A stretch of 64,000 bases of DNA from Vitrella brassicaformis CCMP3155. Lineage: Eukaryota > Protista > Chromerida. The translations under genes were made by a program, and so were the position numbers. The first letter of the stretch is position 1, and every line of letters begins with the position of its first letter. Shown here one piece after another: positions 1 to 11,512 of the stretch. The notes under the pieces are model-generated. The model did not search any database. It had not been told where the DNA came from and saw only the letters and a list, made by a program, of their open reading frames with translations. The stretch is taken from contig CDMY01000393.1 in assembly GCA_001179505.1 (NCBI GenBank), positions 24,592 through 88,591 of the forward strand. Direction: 5' to 3'.

Positions 1-2945
1 CTGCACACCCAACACCAGCAAAGAGAGGAATCGATTGAACGGTAGCTGTGTGAATGTGTGCGTACCTGGCCAGATGGCTGTTCGGCGGAAAGTAGTCGCC
101 TGGTGTACTCGCAGCCGGCGAAAAGGGACCAGTCAAATGACGAGTTCTGCACGCAGACGCGAACAAATAGCATTCATCTGCGGACGACTGCACCGACCCG
201 TAGTACGGTCATACGTACTTGCTGGGCGTAGGATGCTGCGCGAAGACATGAGGGCTTGTCATGCCGTTGCTTGGTGGAACAAGGGTCGTGTTAAGCCTGA
301 AAGAGCGACGTATGCATCATCCGTGGACACGGCGCACTGTCTCGTGGCCCTTACCTGTCAAGTCGGAGCTGCGCAGGACGGCTGATCTCCCTGCATTTCA
401 AGGTCACACCTAATGTGTCTTGATCTATCTATCATACACATGCAAACTCACCTTCCTGGGAGAGGGGGCACCACACTTTGATCCGACGCCTGTGACTCGT
501 GTGCATTGTGTTCGTTTATCTTGCGTTTATCTAGTGCTTACGAGATGCTAAACCACGGTCCACAGGCCTACACACACACACTCACACACACACACATCAC
601 ACACAAATACTCTCTGAGTTTGCTGTCTCTCAATTGTGTATTGCTAGTCACAAGCATTGAATGGACCTCGGCTCCCGCCGAACAAAGTGCACACATACGG
701 AATGGATGGCTGGGCCATTGATGCGATTTGTTAATCGTGGCGCTGGGAGCCTGGACGGGCGACAGACACCGGCAGCGTCCAGCCAATCTGCACACAGACA
801 GAGAGACAGAGAGACAGAGAGACAGACAGACAGACAGAGGGAAGGGTGGGCGTATGTGCGTGGATGCCCCACCCACACATCCGTGCAGGTACCCGCGCCC
901 GGCAACGTCTTCTGTTCGGTGTGCGATGCAGTGAGCACAATCGCCATCAGACATAAAATGTAGGCAGCAATCTTCTGTCTGTCTGTCTGTCGGGCCCCTC
1001 GCACCACCTGCACCATAGACAAAAGACACATCACACAACAATAGCATATGTGTTATTGGCTGACTCACTCACTTGCTGTTCGATGGTGGGGATGCGGTCC
1101 GGCCGGCGATCCGGGGGTGGGGATGCGATTACCCTTCCACGTGTGACACTCTTTGAAGTAATCCAGATCCGCCTGATCGATGACGGACGAGGAAGGGAAG
1201 AGCGCCGAGACCACAAGGGGGGAAGGTGGAACCATACATCCGAAAACACACCACAGCACAGCAGCAGAGGGGAAAAAGTGCAGTGAGTACACACCACATC
1301 CGGCGCAGCTTCACGACGGACCTGCACCCATCACACAACGGACAGAGATCACACGGATGAGATGTGACATCCCCGTCTGTGTGTGTGTGCATGTGTGTGT
1401 GTGTGATGGACATACTTGAAGTACAACTGCACGAGCTTCTCCCACTCCTCCTGAAGGACCGCCTTCATCTGCGACACACACACACCAACCACAGCGCCAC
1501 ACAATGACGAGTGAGCCCAGCAGCTGCGGCTGTCTGTCCTTCCTTCCATCATGTGTGTATGTAATGGGATGGTTCGTGTGTAAATATACACGCACCGCAT
1601 CTCCTCTCCTACTCCGATGTAAGAACGTGGTGTGTGTGTGTGCCGTACCTGGTCTTCAGTGCGGGGGCGATCACCGCGCTGGTCGCACTTGAAGTAGTCG
1701 AAATCCTCCTAATCGATGACGGACGAGGATGGGGTAAGGAAGGTGGAAGCGTACATGCGAAAACGCAGCACAGCTACCGTGCTACTGTTCTACGGCGGCC
1801 ATGACTAATGCCTCCCTCCCAACCTCACTACCCGTCTCCCTGCCTGTCTGCCTGGCTGACCGCCCTCCGTCACTCACTCACCTCGTCCTGTGAGACGGGA
1901 TGGGGCTCCTTGAGGTCCTTGCGCAGCCGCTGCTCGATACTACGGCGGTAGGCGGTGCCGGGAGCCAGGTAGGCCGGCGGGATCTCTTCCGGCAGGTCGA
2001 GCGGCAGCAGACGGGCGAGCTGCAGCACCTCCGTCATCCTGATTGATAGATGCCAGCCAACGATATGCGCAGCCAGGAGGCAGAGAGGGAGGGGAGGATA
2101 GTGTGTGTGTGAAAGGTAGGTGTCTGTGTCTGTGTCGACCGACCGTGTGGCTTGAGGTTTGGTTTCCTTGGGGTTGGCGACGAGGCAGTCGATGGTGGGG
2201 ATGCCGTGAGGCTGCGTGCCGTCCCCCTGCACCGGGGCACGCAGGTCACGCGACACACAAGACAGCCAGACCTGTTGACAGCTCGACTGCGCTATTCCTC
2301 GCCGGCTTGTTACTCACCTGTCGGCGTCTGTGTCGCCTGATGGCCCGGTTCTCCACAGACTGAGTGAGACAGCCAGCCAGAGCCAGCAATGATCAACAAA
2401 CACACCTTTGCGAAAGCCCCTTCAGCGTGTCTTACGCCTGGTGCAGCCGTGGTGAGAGGGCGCTGGCCGTGACAGAGGACAATCTGATGTAGGCACACAC
2501 AACGCACAGTCGCATCAGTCGGATGGATGGCTGGGTCGTTCGTTGCTTCTTAGATTATGTGACCGAGTCGTAGTGCAGGCCGCTGAGGTGTGAGAGCCGC
2601 ATTGGGTGGGGACTGCAGGCGCTGCCCGTCTGGTGACGCAACTCTGAAAGGACAGCGCAGCGACAGAGGGCGGCGGGCACATGACATGGATGCATCTGTG
2701 AACGTGTGTGTGTTTTGCTGTCTAGGTGTCAATCAAGGTGGCTACGGTACCGCTGATGGATGCGTCGTATATTTCTATTCTGCGGTCGGGCTTCACAGAC
2801 CGTATCTTGAGGCCACAGGCCGCCAGATGGCTCCTCAAACCCAAGTTGGTGGAACCATCAGGCGGGCAGGAAGTGGCTGAGGGTGACGGCGGCGGGTGGG
2901 GCTCCGGCGGCCCTTGCTCTTCTGGGCGTGCTTAGTCTTACCCAT
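1..2945 (-). CDS. OTU-domain-like (deubiquitinase-like) protein with an internally deleted OTU core; multi-exon, runs off the window at the 3' end
   Basis: Phase-consistent exons 2945-2942, 2876-2751, 2643-2564 and onward give MATSCPPDGSTNLGLRSHLAACGLKIRSVKPD-RRIEIYDASISELRHQTGSACSPHPMRLSHLSGLHYDSIVLCHG. HLAACGLKIRSVKPD resembles the OTU pre-catalytic strand and RLSHLSGLHYDSIV resembles the OTU His loop. Further exons (GDGTQPHG..., MTEVLQLARLL..., EDFDYFK..., MKAVLQEEWEKL...) continue to the window start. Confidence 0.6.
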
Positions 2946-3831
2946 TTGCCACAAAGCTGGCGGATCTGCAGCAGCGGTTTCAAAGATCCACTCCCGCCAG
3001 GACGCCTATTCTTCTTGCTACCGCCCTTCCCTCCCCCGCCCAAGGGTTCTTGACGTAACGGAAAGCGACACTGCTCTTCTTGGCGTGCTTGCTCTTGCCC
3101 GGTCGCCAAAGGTCGTTTGTTGGTTTGTTCGTTCCTCGATGAGGTGTGGGTGAAATGAGATGCAATGGGAGAATCTGCCGCTTAAAGAATAAATATCGTC
3201 TGGAGACAGAGGATATATTTTCGACACACCAGAATTTACAGAAAGAACAAGAGGGGGGTGCTTCCCACCTCTTTCCCCGGCAGATGCAAATGGGGGAAAT
3301 GGGCATGGCGATGGAGGCAGCTCGAGGACGAACGAAAGAAAATGTGGCGGGCAGCCCCGACATCCATGCAGGCAGCCCGAAGGCTGCACAGCCCACGACA
3401 CGTGTGCCTCAGGCAACGCTCCTGCTGGAACGAAAGATGCCATGCCCTCACACTTTTGCAATGATGTATCACACATACACACACACTTTTATTTGTGTCT
3501 TGCACACAGAAGGACTTGAGCCAACCAGGACGAGAATCCACCCACGGATAGGCACTTTGCAAAGCAACACTGACTCCATCTCACTCAGGAACGCAGCCAA
3601 GTACCAGCCATACAGTCCGCGGATCGCATTCATTGCTGCATTCTGGAAAGATGCGCTAGAAACCGTCAATCCATCCATCACGCAAACACTGCTTCCTTCG
3701 GATGGGATGATGCACTGCACGGTGGCCAAGTAAGTTGTTCCATCCATCCACAAGACACACGGCGTCCCGTCCACCGTCCGCCTGTCTGTCCCTCGATGGA
3801 TCCGATCCATGCACACACCTGTCTATCTGCT

Positions 3832-6800
3832 TCATTTCTTCCGCCTCGAAGGGGTCCCTCGCGCCTCCGCCGCTTGACGCCTCGTCGTCGGACCCCTCGG
3901 CTGCGGGGCTGACGCACGGGGACTCTCGCCATCATCCTGCACTCACAGACACCCCACACCCCCACACCCCACAATATCATGCACCGCGCAGCCCATCCCA
4001 TTCTCCCTCCCATACCGCGTTGGCAGCAGCAGCAGATGCCCGTGTCCTGCGTCCTGCGTGAGGCTGTGACGGCTGAGGCTGTGCGCCCTCGTCGCTCGCA
4101 GCAGGCTGTGAAGCGATCGCGACAGCCGCCGGTCCTGCCGCTGCAGCGGCATGCTGCTGAGCTGATGCCGTCGAGCTAGCTGCGGCTGCGGCCGACTGTG
4201 TCGCGGCTGATCCAGCAGTGACGCTCGCACCGGTGGCGGGGCCACCACCAGGGCCCTTGCCGGTAGCCGTCATGGCGGGAAACGTCGGCGGCCGGACTGC
4301 ACGAACCTCTGGAGGTCGAGGGGCCATCGGCATGGCATAGGGCACAGCAGGCGCCCGTGGTGCTGATGGAATAGAGTATAGAAGGCGGCTTGGCGGCATC
4401 GGGGGGAAGGGGGGCGGGTGGGCCACGGGCCCACGAGGACGGGTCGGCTGGGCTCCTGCCGATGGGGCGTTGGGCTCGCTCTTGACATCTGCCGCCTGGG
4501 CCACCGATGCACCACCGTCTGGGGGTGTCGCCACTCCACCGGCGCTTCTGGGCTGGGATGTGACCCCCGACACACTCGGTGTCACGGCATTGGCAGTCGC
4601 CCCCTGCACCTGCCCAAGCCCTGGCGCCTCAGGCGCTGGTCTCGATGCGACGGGCGGGGCAGTGGCCGGTATGGCGTGCATCGGCTGGTAGAAGCCATGC
4701 TGGATCGGGCCAGCACCAGCTGTCATGCCACGCTGAGCTGCAGCACCAGCAGTGGGACCCACACCCACTGGCGCTGGCCGGGTAGCGAGACCGAAGCCCA
4801 TAGGGAAGGTCGGTGCGAAGGGCGCCCCGGGTTGATAGAAGGCGGGAGCCATGGGCTGGAACATGCCCACGCCAGCCTGGCCCGCAAACATGGGAGGGGC
4901 GGCGGGGGGGCGAGGGGCCGCTGCAGCGACGGAGACGCTGGTGGTCGCAGGGGCTCGCTCCTCCTTGATCAATGGGGCTGTCGCCGGTGCAGTGATGCCG
5001 CTGGATGCCGCACCGACAGCTGAACCGCTGATGGCCCCTGCCTGCCCTGCTGCTGCGGGTGTCTGCGACGACGTCACGGCTGCAATCGACGCTCCTTGTG
5101 TGGTAGGTAGCAGTGGTGCTTGTGGGGGTTCCAGTGGGCCGGCAGCTTTTGGCCGGATGGTCTCTGTCTTGACCCCGGTGGCCGCGGCTGCTGCCGCCTT
5201 CATGGCGTCCATCTCCACACGGAAGTTCTGCTGGAACTGATTCACGGGCTGTGCCGACTGCATATAGTTGCCCAGCCAGGGGGCGACGGGCGCGGGTCGC
5301 GCCGCACCAGCAGCATGCACGCCCGTCGGCTGTGAGAGCGAAGCGAAGCCAGTGCCGGGCGAGCCGCGACCGGCGGCCATTTGCACCCCCTGAGGGAACT
5401 GAGGTGTCGGCGGCCGTGCAGGCAGCTGTGGAGTCGACAGGCTGACCGGCTGTGTGCCGCTGGGTGCGCTGACTGCAGCCGGAGGGGCGACTGCCGCAGC
5501 AGCAGCAGGAGGGGGGCGTACAGGTTGCTGTGGGGGCGGGATAGTGGGCGCCCGTTGAGCGAATGGTGCTGGGGGCGGTCGTGTGGCTGTGGGTGAGGAG
5601 ATTGGCGGGGGAGACGAGTCACGGGGGAACGATGTCGCTGACATGGGAGGGCAGACAGACAGACAGACAGACAGGATGTGGCAGGATCGTGTCCACATGT
5701 GTGTGATGTGTGTGTGTGCTCACATTTGTATGGGTGGAAGGAGAATGGAGGCGCCAACAACGGAGGCCGGCCACGATGCTTTCGCTGATGGAAGGCACAA
5801 ACAAAGCCAAAGCGACCATTATGACCCACAGAGACACGTGAGTGTCCCTCCCACGAGTGCTCGTGCAGTGAGTGCATCGATGTCCTCCCTCACCTTGAAC
5901 TTCTGGCTGAGGACGAACTCTGCGTCTCGCAGTTCCTTTTGGCTGATGCGGTTGCCGTAGAGGTGCAGGAACTGCACCTTGCTCTCCTCATTGTCTCTAA
6001 GCGCCGAACACAGACGGTCACCCGCACCGGACTTCTGATAGATAAACGAAGCGCAGCCAGCAAGTCACCCAAACAGACAGAATCAATCAGTCGAGCCATG
6101 CCATGTGCATGGGTAAAGGTATAGCCAGGCGTGTGGCGTACGTTGGCTCCGCCGCTCCACGAGATTCTGTTCCAGTAGAGGTCGAGCACCACGAGGGTCT
6201 TGTTCTTGCCCAGCGCAACGGCGAGGTCACAGCCACCTGCACACACAGAGACAAACGGAGACAAAGAACCGACACGTCACGCCCACTCATCCATGCACGA
6301 CTCGCTCTGTCTCTTGTCCTTCTGGGCATGTGTGTGACTGACCTTGGTCCTTTATGTCGTTGAATTTGAGTGAGAGGCTCTGCAGTGTAGAGTTGGCTTC
6401 CAGCCCGCTCGCCACCGACGTGGCCCCCGAGTCGCCCAGACCACAGTTGCTCAGATCCAGCATCTGCACGTCAACGAGCAGATGCGTTGTGCGGGAATGC
6501 GGGAGACACGATTCGTTGGCCTGGCTGCTTACGGTGAGTGTCTTGTTTTCCCTGATGAGTTTGGCCAGGACGGCGTTGACGTGGCCGTTGGCTTTGTCCA
6601 GCAACTGGTTCTCCTGCAGTTAGTGTCACACACATGTGCAGTGCAGGGCAGTGCAGTGCAGGCCAGACTATCACTGTGAGTGAGTGTATTGGTTCGTCTG
6701 GTCTGTGTGTGGTGTTCCTTCTATCTGACGTACGTACCTGCATTTGGAGCGACCTGAGGTGGGTGTTGTGCACGAGGGCGCCCAGGATGCCCGTGGACGC

Positions 6801-7135
6801 CTTGAGGCTGAATTTGCAGTCGTTGAGGTTGAGTGACTGGAGGAAGGGCCCCTCCGTCGTCCTCAGCAGACCCTCCAGCGCCACACCCACTGAGTCATTG
6901 AAGACGTTGTCCTGATGGATTCATTGATTGGGCAGACAGTCACGTCACGCACGGATGCCTCGACATGGCCGTGATTCACGTCATTTGATTGATGTCAGTC
7001 AGTGACTTACGGCGAGGTTGAGATCGACGAGGTTCTTGGCCGTCTTGGGCGTCAGGTGTTGGACCAGCACACGACCACCACTCAAACTCATGAGCACACT
7101 GCAGGCAGTGAGCAACACATGACATCAATGAAGGC

Positions 7136-7166
<31 letters not shown>

Positions 7167-8197
7167 TGACATGCCCACAGAAAGGTGGCATGGCATGGCG
7201 GGGTGGGGTGCTCATACACAACAGACAGACAGACGCGTTCGTCTGTCCTCACCTCGCGAGCCCGAGTGTCTTGAGCTTGGGCAGATCCTTCAACGTCATG
7301 ATCAGCAAGGCGATGCCACTGTCACCCAACCGGTTCCTGCCATGCCAGCGGGAGGGACACAAACCAACAAACCAACACACCAACACACACACTCTTCATC
7401 CCATCCTCGTATGTATTAGCCCTCTCCCTGCCTGTCACTCGGTCGCTCGCTGACCTGGAGACGTCGAGTGTGACGATGCCGTGCATGTGGAGATGGAAGC
7501 CCCGCAGCAGCTTCCACGAGTAGACGTGCGGGCAGTATAGGCCGACCACCATCCTACCCAGACCGCTGTCACCCCCCTTCTCCACCCCGCCAGCGCCGCC
7601 ATCGCTGCCCGTGGCGCTGCTCGAACCCCTCACTATCGGCGAGTGTGTGTGCCTCGGCGTGGCGCCGCCGCCCGCCTGAAGCGTCAGGCTGAGAGACCGG
7701 TGAAGAGGCTCCGGCTCTGGCGGGTGGTCCACCTGCATCACTGACGACGACGAACGGACCACTGAACAGAACACAACACACAGCACCAGACAGACAATCA
7801 TCTTCCATCCATCCATCTATCTCAGGTCATGCTCACGTGCTTCCTCAGGCGGCAGGTGTGTATGCGAGACGGTCTGCAGTGCGTCCCTCACGCCGGTGGA
7901 GGCCAGGCGGAAGCGCAGCACGTCCTCGCTCCCCAGAGACGACACGACCAGCCACACGGTGTCCCTCGCCAGACACTTGATGTGGTCACCGCCCTTCGTG
8001 ACCTCCCTCATAGCCCGGCTCGTCCCTTTGCTCTTGAGCCGCTCCATCTCTGCTGCCGTGGCCCGACGCGAATACCGGTACCCCACTGAGTCTCCGGTGC
8101 CGCCTGTTGTGGCCGTGGCTGCTGGTGCGTCACATTGTGCTGATGGCTGCGGGTCATCGGGTGCGAATCGATAGGCCCAGTGGGATGACGGCCACAT
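3832..8197 (-). CDS. F-box-like plus RNI-type leucine-rich repeat protein with a long Pro/Ala-rich disordered C-terminus
   Basis: LRR exons include MLDLSNCGLGDSGATSVASGLEANSTLQSLSLKFNDIKDQG, LQSLNLNDCKFS, KTLVVLDLYWNRIS and VQFLHLYGNRISQ. The N-terminal ARDTVWLVVSSLGSEDVLRFRLASTGVRDAL is F-box-like. A large P/A-rich exon lies at about 4016-5640 and the last exon ends GTPSRRKK* at 3832. Confidence 0.75.
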
Positions 8198-8521
8198 GAT
8201 TGATGAGAGGGATGGTGGATGAGTCAGTCGTCCGTCACGATGCTCTTCGGAACCAGATGATGACGAGATCACAAGACATCCGAGTCAACGAGAGCCTTGC
8301 GTCAGGAGCGCGAGAGATGAGCCTCAAACTTCAAGCTCGCAAATGTCAACCGATCTTCCGCGAACACCTTCTTGGAACACCAGCTGTGAGCCAAGGCATC
8401 ACAAGATGACCGACATCTGCCATTTCTTTCGCGAATCGCAACGGTATGAATGATGATGCTGTCTGCAGAGATGTCATGAGGAGCTAATGAGGAGCGGCAT
8501 CGCTTGACGGGATGAGACCTC

Positions 8522-10323
8522 ATGTTCGTCCGCCTGCTCATGCTCTTCCTCGGCTGCTCAAACAGCTGTCGTGAAGGCCTCAGCACTGCACCTGCCCTGC
8601 ATCGGACGCTCGTGTTCATCGCGCTTCCCGCTACTGATCTGAAGCCCTATCGGCCTGTCCTGCGTTCGCACTGTCCCGCCATGGAGATGAAAGCCATATC
8701 CCCTCCCACCACTGCAGAGAAACCCCGAACAACGCGGTCAAGGCGCTCTCGTAGGTCCCGAGAGCCCATCACGGTGCCTGCCTTCGAAGAATTCGACTCC
8801 GATATTGTTCGCTCGATGTGCGAGCGGGAGCTGAGATGGTCGCCGGGGAAGCATCTGTTCCGCCAACATCGGCAGATCGACGCCTGGTATGACGGGATGG
8901 TGGCCACAGTGGGGGAGGAGTATGTTGAGTTCCTGGTTGGGCTGCTGGTGGCTGCGGGGAGTGCCGATATAGAGGGCGGTACGCGTGAGGGTGGCGGGGC
9001 ATCGCTGCGTTATCAGCTGGAGCTGCGGACGCACCAGCTGGACCTGTTGCTGTTCGTCCAGTGGGCGCTGGGGTGCGGGGTGCTGAGGGCAAAGAGGTGG
9101 CACGGCAAGACCAGGCAACCTGTCGCTTACTCACTCCAGTTCCGCGACAGAGACTCCATCCTTAAACTCGCAAGGCTCTTCTCAGGTATGTGGTGTGTTG
9201 AGTAGAGAGAAAAGATACGACTGCAGCATGCTGCATGACTCTCTCTCGGCTCTTGTTTGTGTGCTCTCTCTCTCTCTCTCTGTGTGTGTGTGTTGTGTGC
9301 AGGTCGTGTGTGCAATCCCATGGCGCAGCGTCGGTTATCTGAGTGGCTGCAGATCGCCAATCTCCGCTTTGATGGCTTCTGGTTCGATCCCCTTTTCCCC
9401 GCCCCCGAGGAGACCCCGCCCGCACAGCTGGCCGGCTTCCTCGAGATCGTCGGCATCTTCACCGCTCGCATCTTTGAGGTCAAGAAGAAGAGGTCATTAT
9501 CTGACGGCAGCAGCACCGCCACCGATGACAGTGGAGATGGCAATCCTCCACGAGCGTCGACAGCCCCCGGCATCCACCTAATGTTCCGGTCGCGCACTTG
9601 TAATGCCACGCTCTCTTCCTACCTCAAGACGATGGTCCAAGGTGGGCAGATCCTCCCTGACGGCTCTTACGCGTGGAAGGGCCGCCATCCGAGTGACTTC
9701 AAGCCCCTCCTCACCCGGCTGGACCGCACCCCGCCGCTGTCAATGGTGCGGCGAAGATCTGTCGGCAAGTGGCGACGGCTACTAAGCAAAATGGGCGATG
9801 AGGAGAGCCTCAAAGCGTATGCGAGGCGCATCAATGACCACGTCGACCGGTGCTATGCGCACAGGCGGCAGGGGCTGCCCGGGAAGTTTGTCTATCGGCC
9901 GCCGGGCAAGGCGAGATCCAGTGACTTCCTCAGTGAGGAGTATCTTGGTGCTTATCGGTTGCACGGCCACTGGCGCGCGATGCTGTCCAGGTGGCGGAGG
10001 AGTGGGCGGGGGGAGGGGGAGGNNNNNNNNNNNNNNNNNNNNNNNNNNNNNNNNNNNNNNNNNNNNNNNNNNNNNNNNNNNNNNNNNNNNNNNNNNNNNN
10101 NNNNNNNNNNNNNNNNNNNNNNNNNNNNNNNNNNNNNNNNNNNNNNNNNNNNNNNNNNNNNNNNNNNNNNNNNNNNNNNNNNNNNNNNNNNNNNNNNNNN
10201 NNNNNNNNNNNNNNNNNNNNNNNNNNNNNNNNNNNNNNNNNNNNNNNNNNNNNNNNNNNNNNNNNNNNNNNNNNNNNNNNNNNNNNNNNNNNNNNNNNNN
10301 NNNNNNNNNNNNNNNNNNNNNNG

Positions 10324-10354
<31 letters not shown>

Positions 10355-10402
10355 CGGCATAGGCGGGTAGAGGACCGACTTACTGACCTCTTCTCGCTCT
10401 AG
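8522..10402 (+). CDS. Two-motif LAGLIDADG homing-endonuclease-fold protein, catalytically degenerate; 3' end uncertain because of a gap
   Basis: Motif 1 is FLVGLLVAAGSADI (8933-8959), followed by LLLFVQWALGCGVL and YSLQFRDRDSILKLARLFSGRV. Motif 2 is QLAGFLEIVGIFTARI (9428-9454), followed by YAWKGRHPSDFKPLLTRLDRTPPLS. A GT-AG intron at 9186-9302 joins the two ORFs in frame. Confidence 0.75.
10023..10322. other. Assembly gap (300 N); identical 300-N gaps at 16170-16469, 24916-25215, 42610-42909, 46697-46996 and 54736-55035
   Basis: All six N runs are exactly 300 nt, so they are placeholders. Five are flanked by G or C runs. Confidence 0.95.
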
Positions 10403-10866
10403 CCAGGGGGTGGGTGGTACGTATGTGTCCGTCCGGTGGAGGGCGAAACGGCTGATGGACATGGGCAGGGCACGTGGCCATGAGACTGACTGACTTGATT
10501 TGATACATAAGATAACGATGCCATCGACACACACATGCCTTGAGTCCGATAGATCCGATCCGCCCCATCGACAATATGTCTGTCTGTCTGTCTGTGTGTC
10601 TGTCTGTCTACCAGTCAATAATCCGCATGCACAAGGCCTTCCTTGCCTGGCTAATATCGATGATAGCCACACGACCACCGCCTTTCCTTTCCGCCACCTG
10701 TACACCTGACCTGCATCCATCCCCTCTGCGCAGCGCACAAACACCATACATGAATGACACCACAGCACAGCCCCTTCTCGTGTCTTCTGTTCGCAAAGTG
10801 TCCCGGCTTACTCTGGTGGTGTGGTGGTAATGAGTCAGTCCATCAGTATGGCGAGGCAGAGGCATA

Positions 10867-11469
10867 CTACGCCTGCACGTGATACTCTCTGGGGAAGCAC
10901 GCGGGCGGCCCTCTGAATATCTTGGCTCCGACGGTATGGAGGCGGTCGGGAGGCTGCTCGGTGAGATTGGGCATGTCAGTAATCTGCCCAGCCGACCTAT
11001 AGATGTGACTGACAGGCAGGCAAGCAGACGGAGGCGTGGGACGGGCAGATGTCGTGTCGTTTCGTGGGTGTGTGAGCCTACCGGTATTCTTGGCACACAT
11101 GACGAATGTGGGCAGGAAGGAGGCAGAGACACATTCATCGAAGCTGCAGAGTCCTTCGTTGTCAGCGTCATGTACCTTGGCACACTGAGCACCCCATGCA
11201 GCAGCACACCACGAAGAAGTCTGCAGCCAGCCAGCCAGACAGACCAACAACAACACAATGTGCACACGTCGCCCGCATTGCCCTGGCAGTAAGTGCTGTG
11301 CTGTTCTGACCTTCTGCGCAGTCTGTGGGCGGGATGTGGTATTTCTCTCGTATCTTGGTGCGGTAGTACCAGTTGAGTAGGATCATGGCCACCGCAAAGG
11401 CACCGGCGAGAAACCCCAACGCCACCACGGCAGGATGATGCTCCCACACCTCCTGACACACACACACAA

Positions 11470-11512
<43 letters not shown>

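Noticed and set aside
2150-2935. Apparent plus-strand multi-exon gene
   Set aside because: It has no workable start or phase. The minus strand gives a phase-consistent OTU-like protein over the same bases.
3146-3733. 195-aa plus-strand ORF with an exon-like segment at about 3508-3729
   Set aside because: It has no recognisable motif or partner exons and lies between two minus-strand genes, so it is probably UTR or promoter sequence.
8522-10402. Active mobile group I intron or intein around the LAGLIDADG ORF
   Set aside because: I see no host gene interrupted, no intein Cys/His-Asn termini and no recognisable group I core. The ORF has its own spliceosomal intron.
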